The position numbers and the translations under genes are program-made. A model generated the notes under the pieces. The model was not told the DNA's origin and did not search any database. It saw only the letters and a list, made by a program, of their open reading frames with translations. Below are positions 49,086 to 61,842 of a DNA stretch of 64,000 bases, one piece after another. The DNA is from Octopus bimaculoides. Taxonomy: Eukaryota. Numbering within the stretch: position 1 is the first letter of the stretch; every line of letters starts with the position of its first letter. The DNA is taken from contig NC_068983.1 in the NCBI RefSeq assembly GCF_001194135.2, positions 28,247,033-28,311,032 of the forward strand, given 5' to 3'.

Positions 49086-52039
49086 AGATATATCTGACAT
49101 TAAGTGTCTGATACGATTAAATAAGTTCTTTACTTTCAGACTTCACAACTGTAGAGTTTTACATCTGATTCTATTATGTGGCACTTTGGAGAAATGTCAT
49201 CACTGCCTCAGGTCAACCAAAGCCTTAAGTAAAAGTTGTTAAATGGAAACTGTCTGTAACTCTATTAGAGGCATCATATTTGTCTTTTGGTAACTAAACC
49301 TCTGTTACTTTGTTTAAAACAACCAGTTGATTCCTGGCACATTTAGCACAGTCCATTCTTTTGTAAACATTTGGGCTAGGTCTCTCATCTGAAGATAGCA
49401 ATTTCCCTTCCTCCTTACAGTCAGAGACCTCAGGAGGATTGTGAGTGAATTTTGTTTTTTTTTATTTCTCAGATTAAGCAAAAATGGACCCACGACTTTC
49501 GCATTTTAATTTGATTTTGAAGTGACTTCAGTTTTAGACACTAAAGTAATAATTAATTTTCCAAAATAACATTACTTCAACATAAACCAATGCAAACCAA
49601 GACCTTAGCACTAATTCCCATTAAAGGTTTGTTATTTTTCTCTTGTCCTCTGAACTTCAGCTCAAGTTTGAGATCAAAATCAACAATGGTGCTCATTCTT
49701 TTAGAAAGACCTTTTACATTCATAGTTCTTGCTAGACTGGAGATTTAGTTATAAAATATTTAGCTTTATGCTACTAAAAATTTAGCCAATGTCCAAAGCC
49801 ATATTAACCTACAGTTATTAAAAATAAATTGATTTTTTTCTCCCATTCTGCCAAGAGAATCAATAGTTCACCAGGCAATTTATGAGACAAATTTATTACA
49901 TATTTGATTTCATTACTAATTTTAGTGACTAAGTCAAATGACTGTATTACTTCTGAGTACTTCACAAAATAGTGGTGTAGTTTTAGTGTGGAGTGATGGC
50001 ATGGTGAGAAATTAAATAATATCATCATCATCATAATCACCACCTCCATCATCATCATCATCATCACTATTAAAACTCTAGCCCTAGGCACCACACAGTG
50101 AAACTGAGTCTAAAACCATGTGATTGGAAAGCAAACTTCTTACCATACAACCACAACATTTTCTAATATTTTTAGTTGGGCATGAGTAGCATTTTTGTCC
50201 AACTTTAAACTAAGATTTGTTCTTGTTAGCATGAGAAATGTACTATAAAAATTGCAATGATGATAACATTTATTGTTGCTTCATCCCAGGTTATCCCTAA
50301 CTGAGCAAACCTGTAATCAAAAGCAATCTAGCTTTAATCGTCCCATCGTCTGATGTCCTCTTTCCATTTGTTTTCAACTCTTTGGAGCAGTGATTAATCT
50401 GAAGTGGGTTCAGTTTCGTTTGACTATAACCCTGGAAGGTGCAAAAGAAGGTGGCCACACAGTTTTGTGTTTACATCTAAAAATGATTATGTTTCTGTTT
50501 CTGTCAATTAGTGAGCCATAAGCACAAAACCACATTGCTGTCTACTTTTGCAACTTACAGGGATAGAGTCAAATGAAATAATACTTGCTAAAGTGTGTTC
50601 ATGGTTCAAAGACTTTAAGATGATGAGGTTCTTTAATTTGAGAGAATTTGGTTGCTATTTTATTTCCAGTAGGTAGAACAACCATATTTGTGGCACTCTG
50701 GCTGAGGAGAACAAACTTGATTGATCACATATTCGTTGACATATTTTTCTGAGGAATATAACCTCAAAATGCGCTAGTGAAGCTTCTGCAATTCGTTTTA
50801 CCTTTTATTTTAGGGTTGATGGTTTGTTTTGTTATTGTTTTGTTTTGATTTGTTTTGTTTGTTTTTTTTAACTTCCTTTCTTTGTGGCTAAAGAAATTGT
50901 TAAATATGATAGTGGAAATAGTGGTAACAGATACTGATAAAGAGAGAGTTTTTAAAAAGACAGATTACTAAAAGCTGACAAGGGAAGATAAACACAAAAA
51001 TCTAATTAGCTAGAGAATCCTCTTCATGCAGACATTTGCTATTCTAAGTAGAATTGTTTTTAGAGGTATTTCTCTAGATTTTTTTCTCTCTTTCTGTATT
51101 TTTGCCATTAGTATTTAACAAACTGGTTATTCATTAAATGATATTATTATTCAGCACAGGGAAGATACAATTCTAGAAAATTTGATTTAAAATGAAATAG
51201 AACAATACAGGGGATAGAAAATAGTATAAAAGAAAAACAATTAAAAAGCCTAAAAAAAAAAAAAGCATTAAATTAAATAAATGGCAAAAGTCTGCCAGTC
51301 TGAATATCATACATATTTAAAGAATTAATGAAAATGATAAAAATAAAAGAAGGAAAAAACAAAGTAGACCATATTAAATGCTGTAACAACTACTTAAAGG
51401 GAACCCACAAATGCAACCGACTCCATAACAACCCAATAAAATGCAATAAACCATACAGCATGAAAACAGTAAAAAGAATTATCACAACCATTATAGTTTT
51501 TTATACACACCCAGACACATACACATACACATTTACACACACACACACACACATGCACACACTCACACACACACATGTTCATGCATGCATATATACACAG
51601 TTATGATATGAGCCAACAGGGAGGACATTTTTTGTAGTCATTCAAACTGCATGAAATAGCAACCAAATCACTTACACTACATACAGTCTTGGAGAGGAGA
51701 CAGAACACTGGAATAACACTGTCCTAAATATACACAAATGATGTGATGGTCATGGTTGAAATACCTTTTGCTCATTCGTATGCTTTATCAGGGTTGTCTT
51801 AAAGCTAAATAGTAGCTATAAGAATTACAACTTTGTTACTTTTGCATTATCACATTCGAAAATATTTTTCCAAATGTTATCCACTTTTAGAAAATGATGG
51901 CAGTATGATTGACTGAAACTCTGCTAGGTAGTGCCCCATCATAGTTACATCCAATGGCTGAAATGGCTAACAAAATTTTTTTTTAAATGAGTAAATGTCT
52001 GAATGCTCAAACATATTTTTGCATGTTTGTATCTGCGTA

Positions 52040-52252
52040 TACTCTTTTACTCTTTTACTTGTTTCAGTCATTTGACTGCAGCCATGCTGGAGCACTGCCT
52101 CTAGTTGAGCAAATCGACCCTAGGACTTATTCTTTGTAAGCCTACTACTTATTCTATCAGTCTCTTTTGTCAAACTGCAAAGTTCCAGAGATGTAAACAC
52201 ACCAGCATCGGTTGTCAAGTGATGTTGGGGGGACAAACACAGATACACAAAC

Positions 52253-52289
<37 letters not shown>

Positions 52290-52478
52290 GATATATATAT
52301 ATATACATATATACGACAGACTTCTTTCAGTTTCCGTCTACCAAATCCACTCACAAGGCTTTGGTCGGCCCAAGGCTATAGTAGAAGACACTTGCCCAAG
52401 GTGCCACGCAGTGGGACTGAACCCAGAGCCATGTGGTTGGTAAGCAAGCTACTTACCACACGGCCACTCCTGTGCCTA
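52040..52478 (-). mobile_element. SINE family A
   Basis: Full head, body and tail on the minus strand. Confidence 0.85.
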
Positions 52479-52589
52479 TATGTTAAAGTCTTATAATGAA
52501 TACTTTTAGATATAAAATTCTGGCCCTAAGATCTGAAATTAAAAGGCCAGTAATGAAAATAATAACAACAACAACAACAATAATAATAA

Positions 52590-53491
52590 ATTCCAATCAT
52601 AAATATCCAATATGCTAATGAATTCCGATCACAAATCGCCAATGAGTGAGAAGAAACTTTACTCCACATTGTCAGTTCCACTGTGAAACTAACAAATTAA
52701 AAGACCAGAAAGCATCATGGAGGTGGCTCAGCAAGGGTGACCTAAAAAAGAAGACTGAAAGCCTAATCAGTGCTGCCCAGGATCAGGCATTGAATACCAA
52801 CTCAGTGAAAAGGGATATATACCACACAAGTGGAATGAACCTCTTCAGAATATGTAGAAAGAGGGTCAGAAGTGTGACTCACATTGTTAGTGCTTGTGAA
52901 AGTCTTGCACAGAAAGAATAGTGCAGACATGACAAGGTAGCCCAAAACCTTCACTGGCTACTATACCAGAAGTATGGATATGAGGTAACAGGTGCTTGGT
53001 ACCAACATACACCAGAAAAGGTAATGGACAAAAACAGGAAATCAAAGAGCCTCTGGGACTTTGGCTTCCAGACAGACAAGGTATTAGAGCACCGAAGGCC
53101 GGACATAGTAACCTTTAGGAGGGACAAACAAGAGTGCCTAATAATCAACGTGGCAATGCCAGATCAACATATTATCATGAAAGAAAGAGAAAAGATTGAT
53201 AAATATAGAAACCTGAGAATTGAGATCACCAAGATGTGGCAGCCACAAGAATCAAATATAAAGGTTGTCCCTGATGTCATTGGAACATTGGGTTCAATAT
53301 TACCTAATCTGAAGAAACAGCTGGAAACTTGCAATCTAAGTGTATTGCAAAAATCAGCTTTAATTGGAATTGCATGCATATTGCATAAAGTATTGTCTTT
53401 CTGAGGTCTTTGTTTTCTGTCTGAGGTCCTTGTTTTCTGTCTGAGGTCCTTCAATCAACATCAATGATATTGGAAACTGTGTGATGTCTTC
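52590..53491 (+). mobile_element. 5'-truncated REL-endonuclease non-LTR retrotransposon (R4/Dong-like): CCHC knuckle plus REL
   Basis: WLSKGDLKKKTESLISAAQDQAL, FRICRKRVRSVTHIVSACESLAQKE, YCRHDKVAQNLHW and LWDFGFQTDKVLEHRRPDIV...KEREKIDKY. Followed by (AAT)n 53492-53550 and preceded by (AAC/AAT)n. Confidence 0.85.
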
Positions 53492-53549
<58 letters not shown>

Positions 53550-53551
<2 letters not shown>

Positions 53552-53760
53552 CCTTTCTACTGATTATTATTATTACTGACATTTTGTCGGAGGGGATTAG
53601 TTGATTACATTGACCCCAGTGTTTCACTAATGCTTAATTTATCGACCTCAAAAGAATGAAAAGCAAGGTCGACCTTGGTAGAATTTGAACTCAGAACATA
53701 GAGATGAATGAAATGCCACTACGCATTCTGTATGGTGTGCTAACAATTCTGCCAGCTTAT
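53550..53760 (-). mobile_element. SINE family B
   Basis: aaggtcgaccttggtagaatttgaactcagaac...ttctgccagct. Confidence 0.7.
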
Positions 53761-53825
53761 AATAATAATGCTCACTGCTGTAGGCACAAAGCATGAAATG
53801 GGGGGGGGATATGGAGAAGGGGTCG

Positions 53826-53925
53826 AGGAGGAGGAGGAGGAGGAGAAGAAGAAGAAGAAGAAGAAGAAGAAGAAGAAGAAGAAGAAGAAGAAGAAGAAGA
53901 AGAAGAAGAAGAAGAAGAAGAAGAA
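53826..53925. repeat. (GAG)n-(GAA)n purine tract
   Basis: Direct reading. Confidence 0.95.
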
Positions 53926-55186
53926 TTCAAGCAAGCAGTGAAATAAATTTTATGCCATGAAGTAAAAGTCTGACAGATAAGAAATTATATATACAGAATG
54001 CAACCAAAAATATAATTATGGAAAAAATAACAAGGAATATAGTATTATTTGAATATAGAATTTGACTAAAAAATATTTTATGATTGCTGGCTTTAGAAAT
54101 GAGTAGTTCACATAAATATACTTAGAATGGTTATGAGATATGTGAATCTGATAGTTAAAAAAAAAAGAAGACATAATTTTAATCTGTAGTGAGATGGTTA
54201 TCTAAGAATATCAATTTTTCAATCAAGTTAATTTTGAAAAAGATGAAATGGAAACTTAGTCATACATAGAGAAGAAGAATTAAAAAAATGAAAATTACAG
54301 AATATTTTATAAAAATAAAACATTGAAGTTCTTGAGATATCATTGGCTCCACGATAGAATTGAATAGATTAATTGTTGTGGAAGAAAAGAAAATATTGAA
54401 TGAACCATGGGTAAATAAAATATTAAAAATTTGATCATTTTACAATAAGCTTTCTTGTTGGAAACTAAAACTGTAAAATATTAAGAAAATTTATAAGAGC
54501 AGTAGAAAATATGCTATGGATATGATCTTAACCCAGCCTGGAGTTCATCATCAGGTTATTTTTTCCCCTACTCATTATTTAAGTATCCATCTATGTGCAT
54601 TTAAGTATCCATCTATGTGCATTTATGGATATATAAACATTTATGGATATATAAACAGATATATGCATAGAAATAAATGCATGCATTCACATTCATCTCC
54701 CATGCTAACTGCATTAATATTAATTCAAGGTTACGTCCATATACAGAGAAGATAAGCATAATTGAGTGATGTATCACCAAACTAAATAAAGACGAAGAAA
54801 GCAACTCAAAATCTCCCACACCAAAATAAAAAAAAGAAAGAAAGAAAGAAAAGTTTTTCAAATGAATTAATGCACTACAAATCTAGATTATTAAAATTAA
54901 AAATAGGTAATGTAATGAAAGTGAAGATAGTATGAACTTTAGCAGCCATGATGGTAACTCTAGATTTGTGTAACAACCATCTCATGATTATTAATATAAT
55001 CACATGTCACTTCCAAATTTAAACATGGTTTTACACTATATTTAATTTGCACTTCAAATATAGCAGAGAGCTTTTTGCACATGTGACATCATTCCAGAGC
55101 CCTATTGCATAATACAAACAAACTATCTTTCCTGCCAAATATAATTTTACAAATTTTTTACAAGTAGTTCTAAGTTTGCTGCCAGC

Positions 55187-55415
55187 TTGACCCTTTTACA
55201 TTCAGACTACTCTGTCAAATGTAGTGCTTATTTATTCACATTGTTTTCAGTTGATCATGCATTATTTCATAGATTCAAGACTTTAATGATGTGATTGTTT
55301 ATTTTTAGAATGACATTGTAGAGTCAATGTGAGAAGACAGAACTGGCCAGTTTGAACATAAAACAGGTAGACTATTTTGGCTGGCTATATGGCCAGTTTA
55401 AATACTAATGGTTAA
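55187..55415. mobile_element. Same TTAA MITE family, third copy
   Basis: ttgacccttttacattcagactactctgtc ... ggccagtttaaatactaatggttaa; colinear with 22672-22899. Confidence 0.75.
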
Positions 55416-56044
55416 GCAACTAATGTCAGTTTCTGATAACCTGCTACAAAAAATGATGTCACTCCAATCACACAGACGGTGCCCAACTGACTCTACTATA
55501 CTATGTAGTTGACAAAATCAAAAACAAACAATGTGTATGTATGAAATAAAAAATACAAAATGGCAACAATTTACCCATCACACCCTGTATATATTGGTTT
55601 CAAATTTTGGCACAAGACCAGCAATTGCCAGAGTGGGATAAATCGATTACATTAACCCTAATGCTTTTCTAGTACTTATTTTATTGACCCCAAAGGTTAA
55701 AAAGCAAAGTTAATCTTACAAAAGTATTGCCTTTCCTGAAATTCATGCCATAGCATGGAATTTCGTAGTACAAAACAATTCTTCTCATTTATTTCCTTGT
55801 TACATTGCAATGAATGAGCATAGAGATAAAAATGGGAAAATACATTTCATGTTACAAAATTCTGTTATGACAAGATTTTTGGGAAATGTAATATAAGGGA
55901 ATACCTGTATTTTCCATTGTAATCATAGAGCAAGAAGATATGCACCATAATTTAGTTTTTTGAACCAATTTCATCAGCATCATTTCATTTGCTGCACCTA
56001 AATTTATTCGTTCATTCATTTAACATTTGTGTATCTATCTATTT

Positions 56045-56428
56045 GTGGAGGCGCAATGGCCCAGTGGTTAGGGCAGCGGACTCGCAGTCATAGGATCGTG
56101 GTTTCGATTCCCAGACCGGGCGTTGTGAGTATTTATTGAGCGAAAACACCTAAAGCTCTATGAGGCTCCGGCAGGGGATGGTGGTGAACCCTGCTGTACT
56201 CTTTCACCACAACTTTCTCTCACTTTTACTTCTTGTTTCTGTTGTGCCTGTATTTCAAAGAGTCAGCCTTGTCACACTGTGTCACGATGAATATCCTTGA
56301 GAACTACATTAAGGGTACACGTGTCTGTGGAGTGCTCAGCCACTTTCACGTTAATTTCACGAGTAGGCTGTTCCATTGATCAGATCAGTAGGAACCCTCG
56401 ATGTCATAAGCGATGGAGTGCCAACACA
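56045..56428 (+). mobile_element. SINE family D with ~10-bp TSD
   Basis: Reverse complement of 31725-32113. atctatctat at 56033-56042 and 56429-56438. Confidence 0.85.
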
Positions 56429-57919
56429 ATCTATCTATGTTAGCATGGATTGAACAGGGACTATTTGATACAGCATTTAACATGCATGATTCTCTTCCTG
56501 TCACCAATCTTTACTTGTTTGTCAAATAAGGGATGCTTTTGTGTTTTTTTTTTTATTCCCCAGCTCTTTGAAAGTACAGTATGATTGTTTGTAATGTCAA
56601 CAAAGAACGTTAACATTATAACACTGTTTTGCTCAGACAATTAGAAGTGAAACTGTGAAATGCCAATATTCACACACACACACATCAAAACACAACAGGA
56701 TTCCACATAGATTCTGTTGATAAATGCTCACAATGCATCATTCAGCCCAAAGCTTATAAAACAAGACACATGCCAAAGATGCCATAGAGAAAGATTGAAC
56801 CCAAAACCATATGGTTGTGAGGGTAAACTTTTTAAGTATATGTCCATTCTTATACTTGTATATTTAATAAAAGTAGTTTCTCCCAAATCTTAACTTACAT
56901 ACTACTTAACCCATTTTAACCACCAATATATGGTGTTTCTTTAGTCAACACATCTTATCAAAATCCTTTACACATCAAAACTACAGCAAAATAATTGTCT
57001 CTTTAGCATACATTCAATAATATTTTCTATGTTTCTCAAACCACTTGTATTCCATTCAGCTGCATTCAGTCTATCTCCAACATTTATTTTTACCAATATC
57101 TAATTTATCATAGAAACTATTATGATATCTTTATAAAGCATTATATTAATATAATAAAGTAAGAGATTTTCATAACTTTCTCCAAGATGACAGCTTATTC
57201 ATGTACTTTACTTTGGTTTGGCTCAAAGTTGAAATATATTAAGTATTTAAGGGTTACGGTAGGGGTTATGGAGTGTTATGCTCTGTTTCTCATTTGATAT
57301 CATTTCACTACACTTTTGTGACAATTGCCGTTGAGAAAGGCATGAATATTACAACATCTAATTTGGTTGAGCAGAGTTCATTTTGTCACCTAATGGTTGC
57401 AGGGTCTCTTTAACCACATAGTACTTTAGGTATGATTTTGAATGGTATGCTGACTGAGTGATCATCTGGATTTTCTAAATTCTTATTCCTTAAATTACAT
57501 AAATTATTAAAGCTGCAAAATTATCTCAGGACTGTTACTCAGGTGTTTCACATTCTAGTTTATTAGACAGTTGTGATGAATACTGAACTAATATCGTGAT
57601 TGTACATGTAATATAATATAATATGCATGAATAAGAATTTAAATTTGATTGGGCGGCAGGTTTTCAAAAACATAACAGCATAATTTTCGTTACAAGTTGG
57701 GTGGTAGGGAGATGTGAAAATTAACAGTAAAGTATGAATATAAAAGTAAAAATAAGTATGGGTACTAGGTGTATATATATATTCATATATAAGAAATTAG
57801 AAGGACAAAGGAACAAACAATTATGTTATGAACTTCATTGGCTTACAGCTGTTTTTGCAATCCCCAGTCAAACCGTTGAACCCATACCAGCATGGAAAGC
57901 GAACATTAAACGAAAAACG

Positions 57920-57951
<32 letters not shown>

Positions 57952-58535
57952 GATGATGATGACGACGACGACGACGACGATGATGATGATGAGATTTTTT
58001 TCATATTTACTGAGTTTGGAGGAAGAGACAATGCCTATGAACTTTGTAGGTTGGTGAGCTTGATGCTATCACTGTGCTGAGCCTGATCTGAGTGATGCAA
58101 AATGGTGAGCTTTCTGTAAGACCAGTGAATATGATTAGCATGCATGTATATTTTCATTTGATGTGTGCATGTGTGTGCACAGGCAAGGAAATAACGGGTG
58201 TATGGATGTGTGAATATATGTTTGTTTATTTATGCATGTGAATATTTATCCAGATAATGCATGTATATGCATGCTACATGTGTACATTCATTTGATATTC
58301 ATATATATATATGTGTGTGTGTGTGTGTATGTATATATATATATATCTATTTATATATATATGTATGTATATATGAATGTATATATGTATATGTATGGAT
58401 GTTTTTATATATGTATATGTGTGTATGTGTGTGTGTATGTATGTGTGTGTGTGTATGCATGTATGTGTGTGTGTGTGTAGTATGTCTATATGTTCACTCA
58501 TTTGATGTTTGAAAAGCATATTTGCATACAGTGCG

Positions 58536-58728
58536 GGTGACACGTAAAAGCACCCACTAGACTCTCTGAGTGGTTGGCGTTAGGAAGGGCATCCAGCTGT
58601 AGAAACTCTGCCAAATCAGATTGGAGCCTGGTGTTGCCATCCGGTTTCACCAGTCCTCAGTCAAATCGTCCAACCCATGCTAGCATGGAAAGCGGACGTT
58701 AAACGATGATGATGATGATGATGATGAT
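58536..58728 (+). mobile_element. Family C, 3' end only
   Basis: Near-identical to 7575-7754. Further partial copies at ~21890-22045, 35215-35326, 57835-57990 (+) and 59685-59860, 61125-61310 (-). Confidence 0.8.
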
Positions 58729-59254
58729 GTGTATATAAATGCGTGTATTCATCTAATGTTTATTTCTATGAGAATATGTGCGTGTGTGTGTATATGTGTG
58801 TACATCAATTTGATGAATTTCTGTGTGCATATGCATGTGTATCTATGTCTGCATATGTGCATGCCTATAATGTGTGTATGTGTGCATCTCATTTGATGAT
58901 TGTGTGTGCATGTGTGAATATGTATAAATATAACGTGTATGCATTATGTGCAACTGTATATGTATGCATTTAATGAATGTATCCATGGATATATGCATTT
59001 GATGTTTGTATGTATGTGTGCATTATATACACATACATATAAAGCATACAGGCACATACAATATAAGCATATACATACAAACACATTTACCCATACCACA
59101 TAAAATTAATGCATGTACACATGTCATGCACATTCTGACACACATTTGTTGAACTTGGAAAACAGGCAAAGTCATTAAAGCCCTGCTGTATTTTTTTCCC
59201 TCACTGAGTTCAAATCTTGTCAGGATCAACTTTGCTTTGTAGTCTTTTGAGCAT

Positions 59255-59400
59255 TATTTGCATTATTTACAATTGACGGATATTTGTCCTCATCTTGTTT
59301 GTTGTTGAAACGACGTTTCGGCTGATATACTCTCCAGCCATCTTCAGGTGTCTTGGAGAAATTTCGAACCTGGGTTCTCATTACTTATGTATTCTTCGAT
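59255..59400 (-). mobile_element. Penelope-like element terminal-repeat remnant carrying a hammerhead motif
   Basis: CTGAAGA...CCGAAACGTC arrangement typical of PLE termini; family assignment is inference. Confidence 0.55.
59307..59352 (-). ncRNA. Minimal type-I hammerhead ribozyme motif
   Basis: GACAC CUGAAGA U GGCUG-GAGAGUAUAU-CAGCC GAAACGUC|GUUUC. Stem II 5 bp, stem I 4 of 5 bp, palindromic ACGU stem III, one extra nucleotide before stem II. Confidence 0.55.
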
Positions 59401-59437
59401 GTTGTTGTTGTTATTATCATCATTATCATTATTATTA

Positions 59438-59509
<72 letters not shown>

Positions 59510-59512
59510 TCA

Positions 59513-59575
59513 AGAGTAGTGGTTAAGAGCATGGGTTACTAACCCTAAGATTCCAAGTTCGATTCCAGGCAGTGA

Positions 59576-59580
<5 letters not shown>
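59513..59580 (+). mobile_element. Short tRNA-derived SINE-like unit with (AAT)n tail
   Basis: A-box-like TAGTGGTTAAG, arm GGG-TTACTAA-CCC, B-box GTTCGATTCC, then tgacctg(aat)n. No acceptor stem, so not a tRNA gene. Confidence 0.6.
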
Positions 59581-59636
<56 letters not shown>

Positions 59637-60158
59637 CGATCAGTAACTTCAAGGAGTAATGGAAACATGGTTTCATAGGATAACCATCATCGTCATCGTC
59701 ATCGTCGTCACTGTCATCACCATCACTCTCATTTGACGTTCATTTTCCTTGCTGGCAGGAGTTGGATGGTTTCACAGTTGGCCAGCCAGAGAGCTGTCCA
59801 GACTTCAAATATTTGTTTTGGCATGGTTTCTATGGCTGGATGCCCTCCCAAACACCATATAAAAAACAACAGCCACCACCACAACTACTACCACCATGTA
59901 TGTGTACATTCATTTGAAAGTGCATAGTTGTGTATATAGATGCATATATGTTTGTGCATGAGTGCATACATGTGTACTCTCATGTGTATGTATATTCAAT
60001 ATCCCTTGCAAGGTATTGGCTAACCCAAGGCTAAGGAAGACAACACAACCACTAAGTGCCATGCAGTGAATTTGAACTCCAAACCACATAACTGTGAAAT
60101 GAAATTTTTAACCACACCACGACTCCTGCACATCCATGTATCAGTGTATGTGTATGAT

Positions 60159-60207
<49 letters not shown>

Positions 60208-61604
60208 ATGTTTACAAACAGATAATATGTGTGTACATATGTAAACTCAGCTGATGTAGTTTAGCGTGTGTATGGATTTGCATTTAATATGTGTATGTGT
60301 CTGTATATTCATCTGATGTCTGTGTGTGTGTGTGTGTGTGTGTATGTATAAGCATTCAGATGATTACTACATGTGCAAGCATGTGTATAGTCATTCAATC
60401 TTTATGCCTGTTTGTGTGTATGCATACACAGAGAATGTGTGTATGTGTGTACATATTGATTTCATTTTTGTGCATGTATTTGTACATATGTGTGTTTGTG
60501 CAGGTATGCACATATATATATATATTCATGTGATGTATGTGTACATATGCAGATAATGTGTGTATGAATGTGTATGCTTTTTTTGATGTTTGTGCATGTA
60601 TATGTATGCACACGTGTGTGTATATACATGCACACATATATGAACTTCATGTATGTGTGCATACGCATAAAATTAGTGCATATATGTGTGCCTACGCATT
60701 TTCATATGGCTGTTTGCGAAAGTTAGTAAGGTCAAACAGTGACAGAAAAAAAAAAAAGCATCTGAAAACAATAACCTGTGAAGGCAGAGTAATTAAATAT
60801 TAAATGTTGAAAAAATGAAGAGATTAAATGAAAAGACAAAGTTAATGTTGTTTGGAGTGAAAGTCAGAGAAAGTGTTGGAGAATTCAGAATAGAGAAAAA
60901 GAGTTAGTCCAAATAACTGAGGTAAAGATTGTTCTAAAAGTGGTTCTCATGCTAACAAAGCCACTCTATAGCTTATCCATTTTAGTTCCAACTCTAAGCT
61001 GCACATGCAGAAAATAGCAGGGAAAAAGAGCGAGGGTGTATGACAATGGTTTATACAATCTCAGTCTTAATTGCTCAATCATATCCAGTCTTTCTCACAT
61101 ATTCACACAGATACGCATATCATCCTCATCACCATCACCATCATTTAACATCCGTTTTCTATGCTGGCATGGTTTGGATGGCTTGACAGGAGCTGGCAAG
61201 GCCAGGGGTCACACCAGGTTCCATAGTCTATTTTGGCTTGGTTTCTACAGCTGGATTCCCTTTGTAATGCCAATGACTTTACAGAATGTACTGGGTGCTG
61301 TTTACGTGACACGATCACCAGTCCTTTTATTGTGGCCCCAGCCCCAGAGTTTTTATATGGTACCAGCACCAGTAATTTTTGTGGCCCCCAGCACCAGTAT
61401 TTTCTATGTGGCACCTTGGTTTTAGGATATCAATTCTATTGGGTGGGTCTTCTTACACACATTTTCCCACACATACTCATAGTTTACCCAAGTCGACTCT
61501 TATCTTTTACTTGTTTCAGTCATTAGCTGTGGCCATCCTGGGGCACTACCTTTGAAGAATTTTAGTCGAACAAAAATTTTTCATTTCTTCATGTATGCAT
61601 GTGT

Positions 61605-61842
61605 TGTTTCTTTATTGCCCACAAGGGGCTAAACATAGAGGGGACAAACAAGGATAGACAAATGGATTAAGTCAATTACATCGACCCCAGTGCATAACTG
61701 GTACTTAATTTATCGACCCTGAAAGGATGAAAGGCAAAGTCGACCTTGGCGAAATTTGAACTCAGAATGTAACAGCAGATGAAATACTGCTAATACCGCT
61801 AAGCATTTCGCCCGGTGTGCTAACGTTTCTGCCAGCCCGCCG
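61605..61842 (-). mobile_element. SINE family B, young
   Basis: Reverse complement of 41883-42111 with high similarity. Confidence 0.8.

Larger units (their letters stand above)
58140..60710. repeat. Extended alternating purine-pyrimidine (TG/TA/TGCA) low-complexity region with embedded elements
   Basis: Direct reading; source of many CV/YI/HT ORFs. Confidence 0.85.

Noticed and set aside
49081-49120. tctgatacg resembling U2 snRNA
   Set aside because: Only a 9-mer matches; the rest of U2 is absent.
50311-50431. Minus-strand 121-nt open exon-like segment
   Set aside because: It ends in phase 1, incompatible with the phase-2 PDZ exon, and its 3' part is repeat family E.
54613-54861. LAWEMNVN resembling the WW-domain GWEM
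   Set aside because: No other WW residues in register, no suitable phase-2 donor, and low-complexity context.
56049-56120. tRNA-like sequence (also 32040-32110 and the SINE-A/B heads)
   Set aside because: No proper acceptor stem; each is followed by a SINE body, tail and TSD, so they are SINE heads, not tRNA genes.
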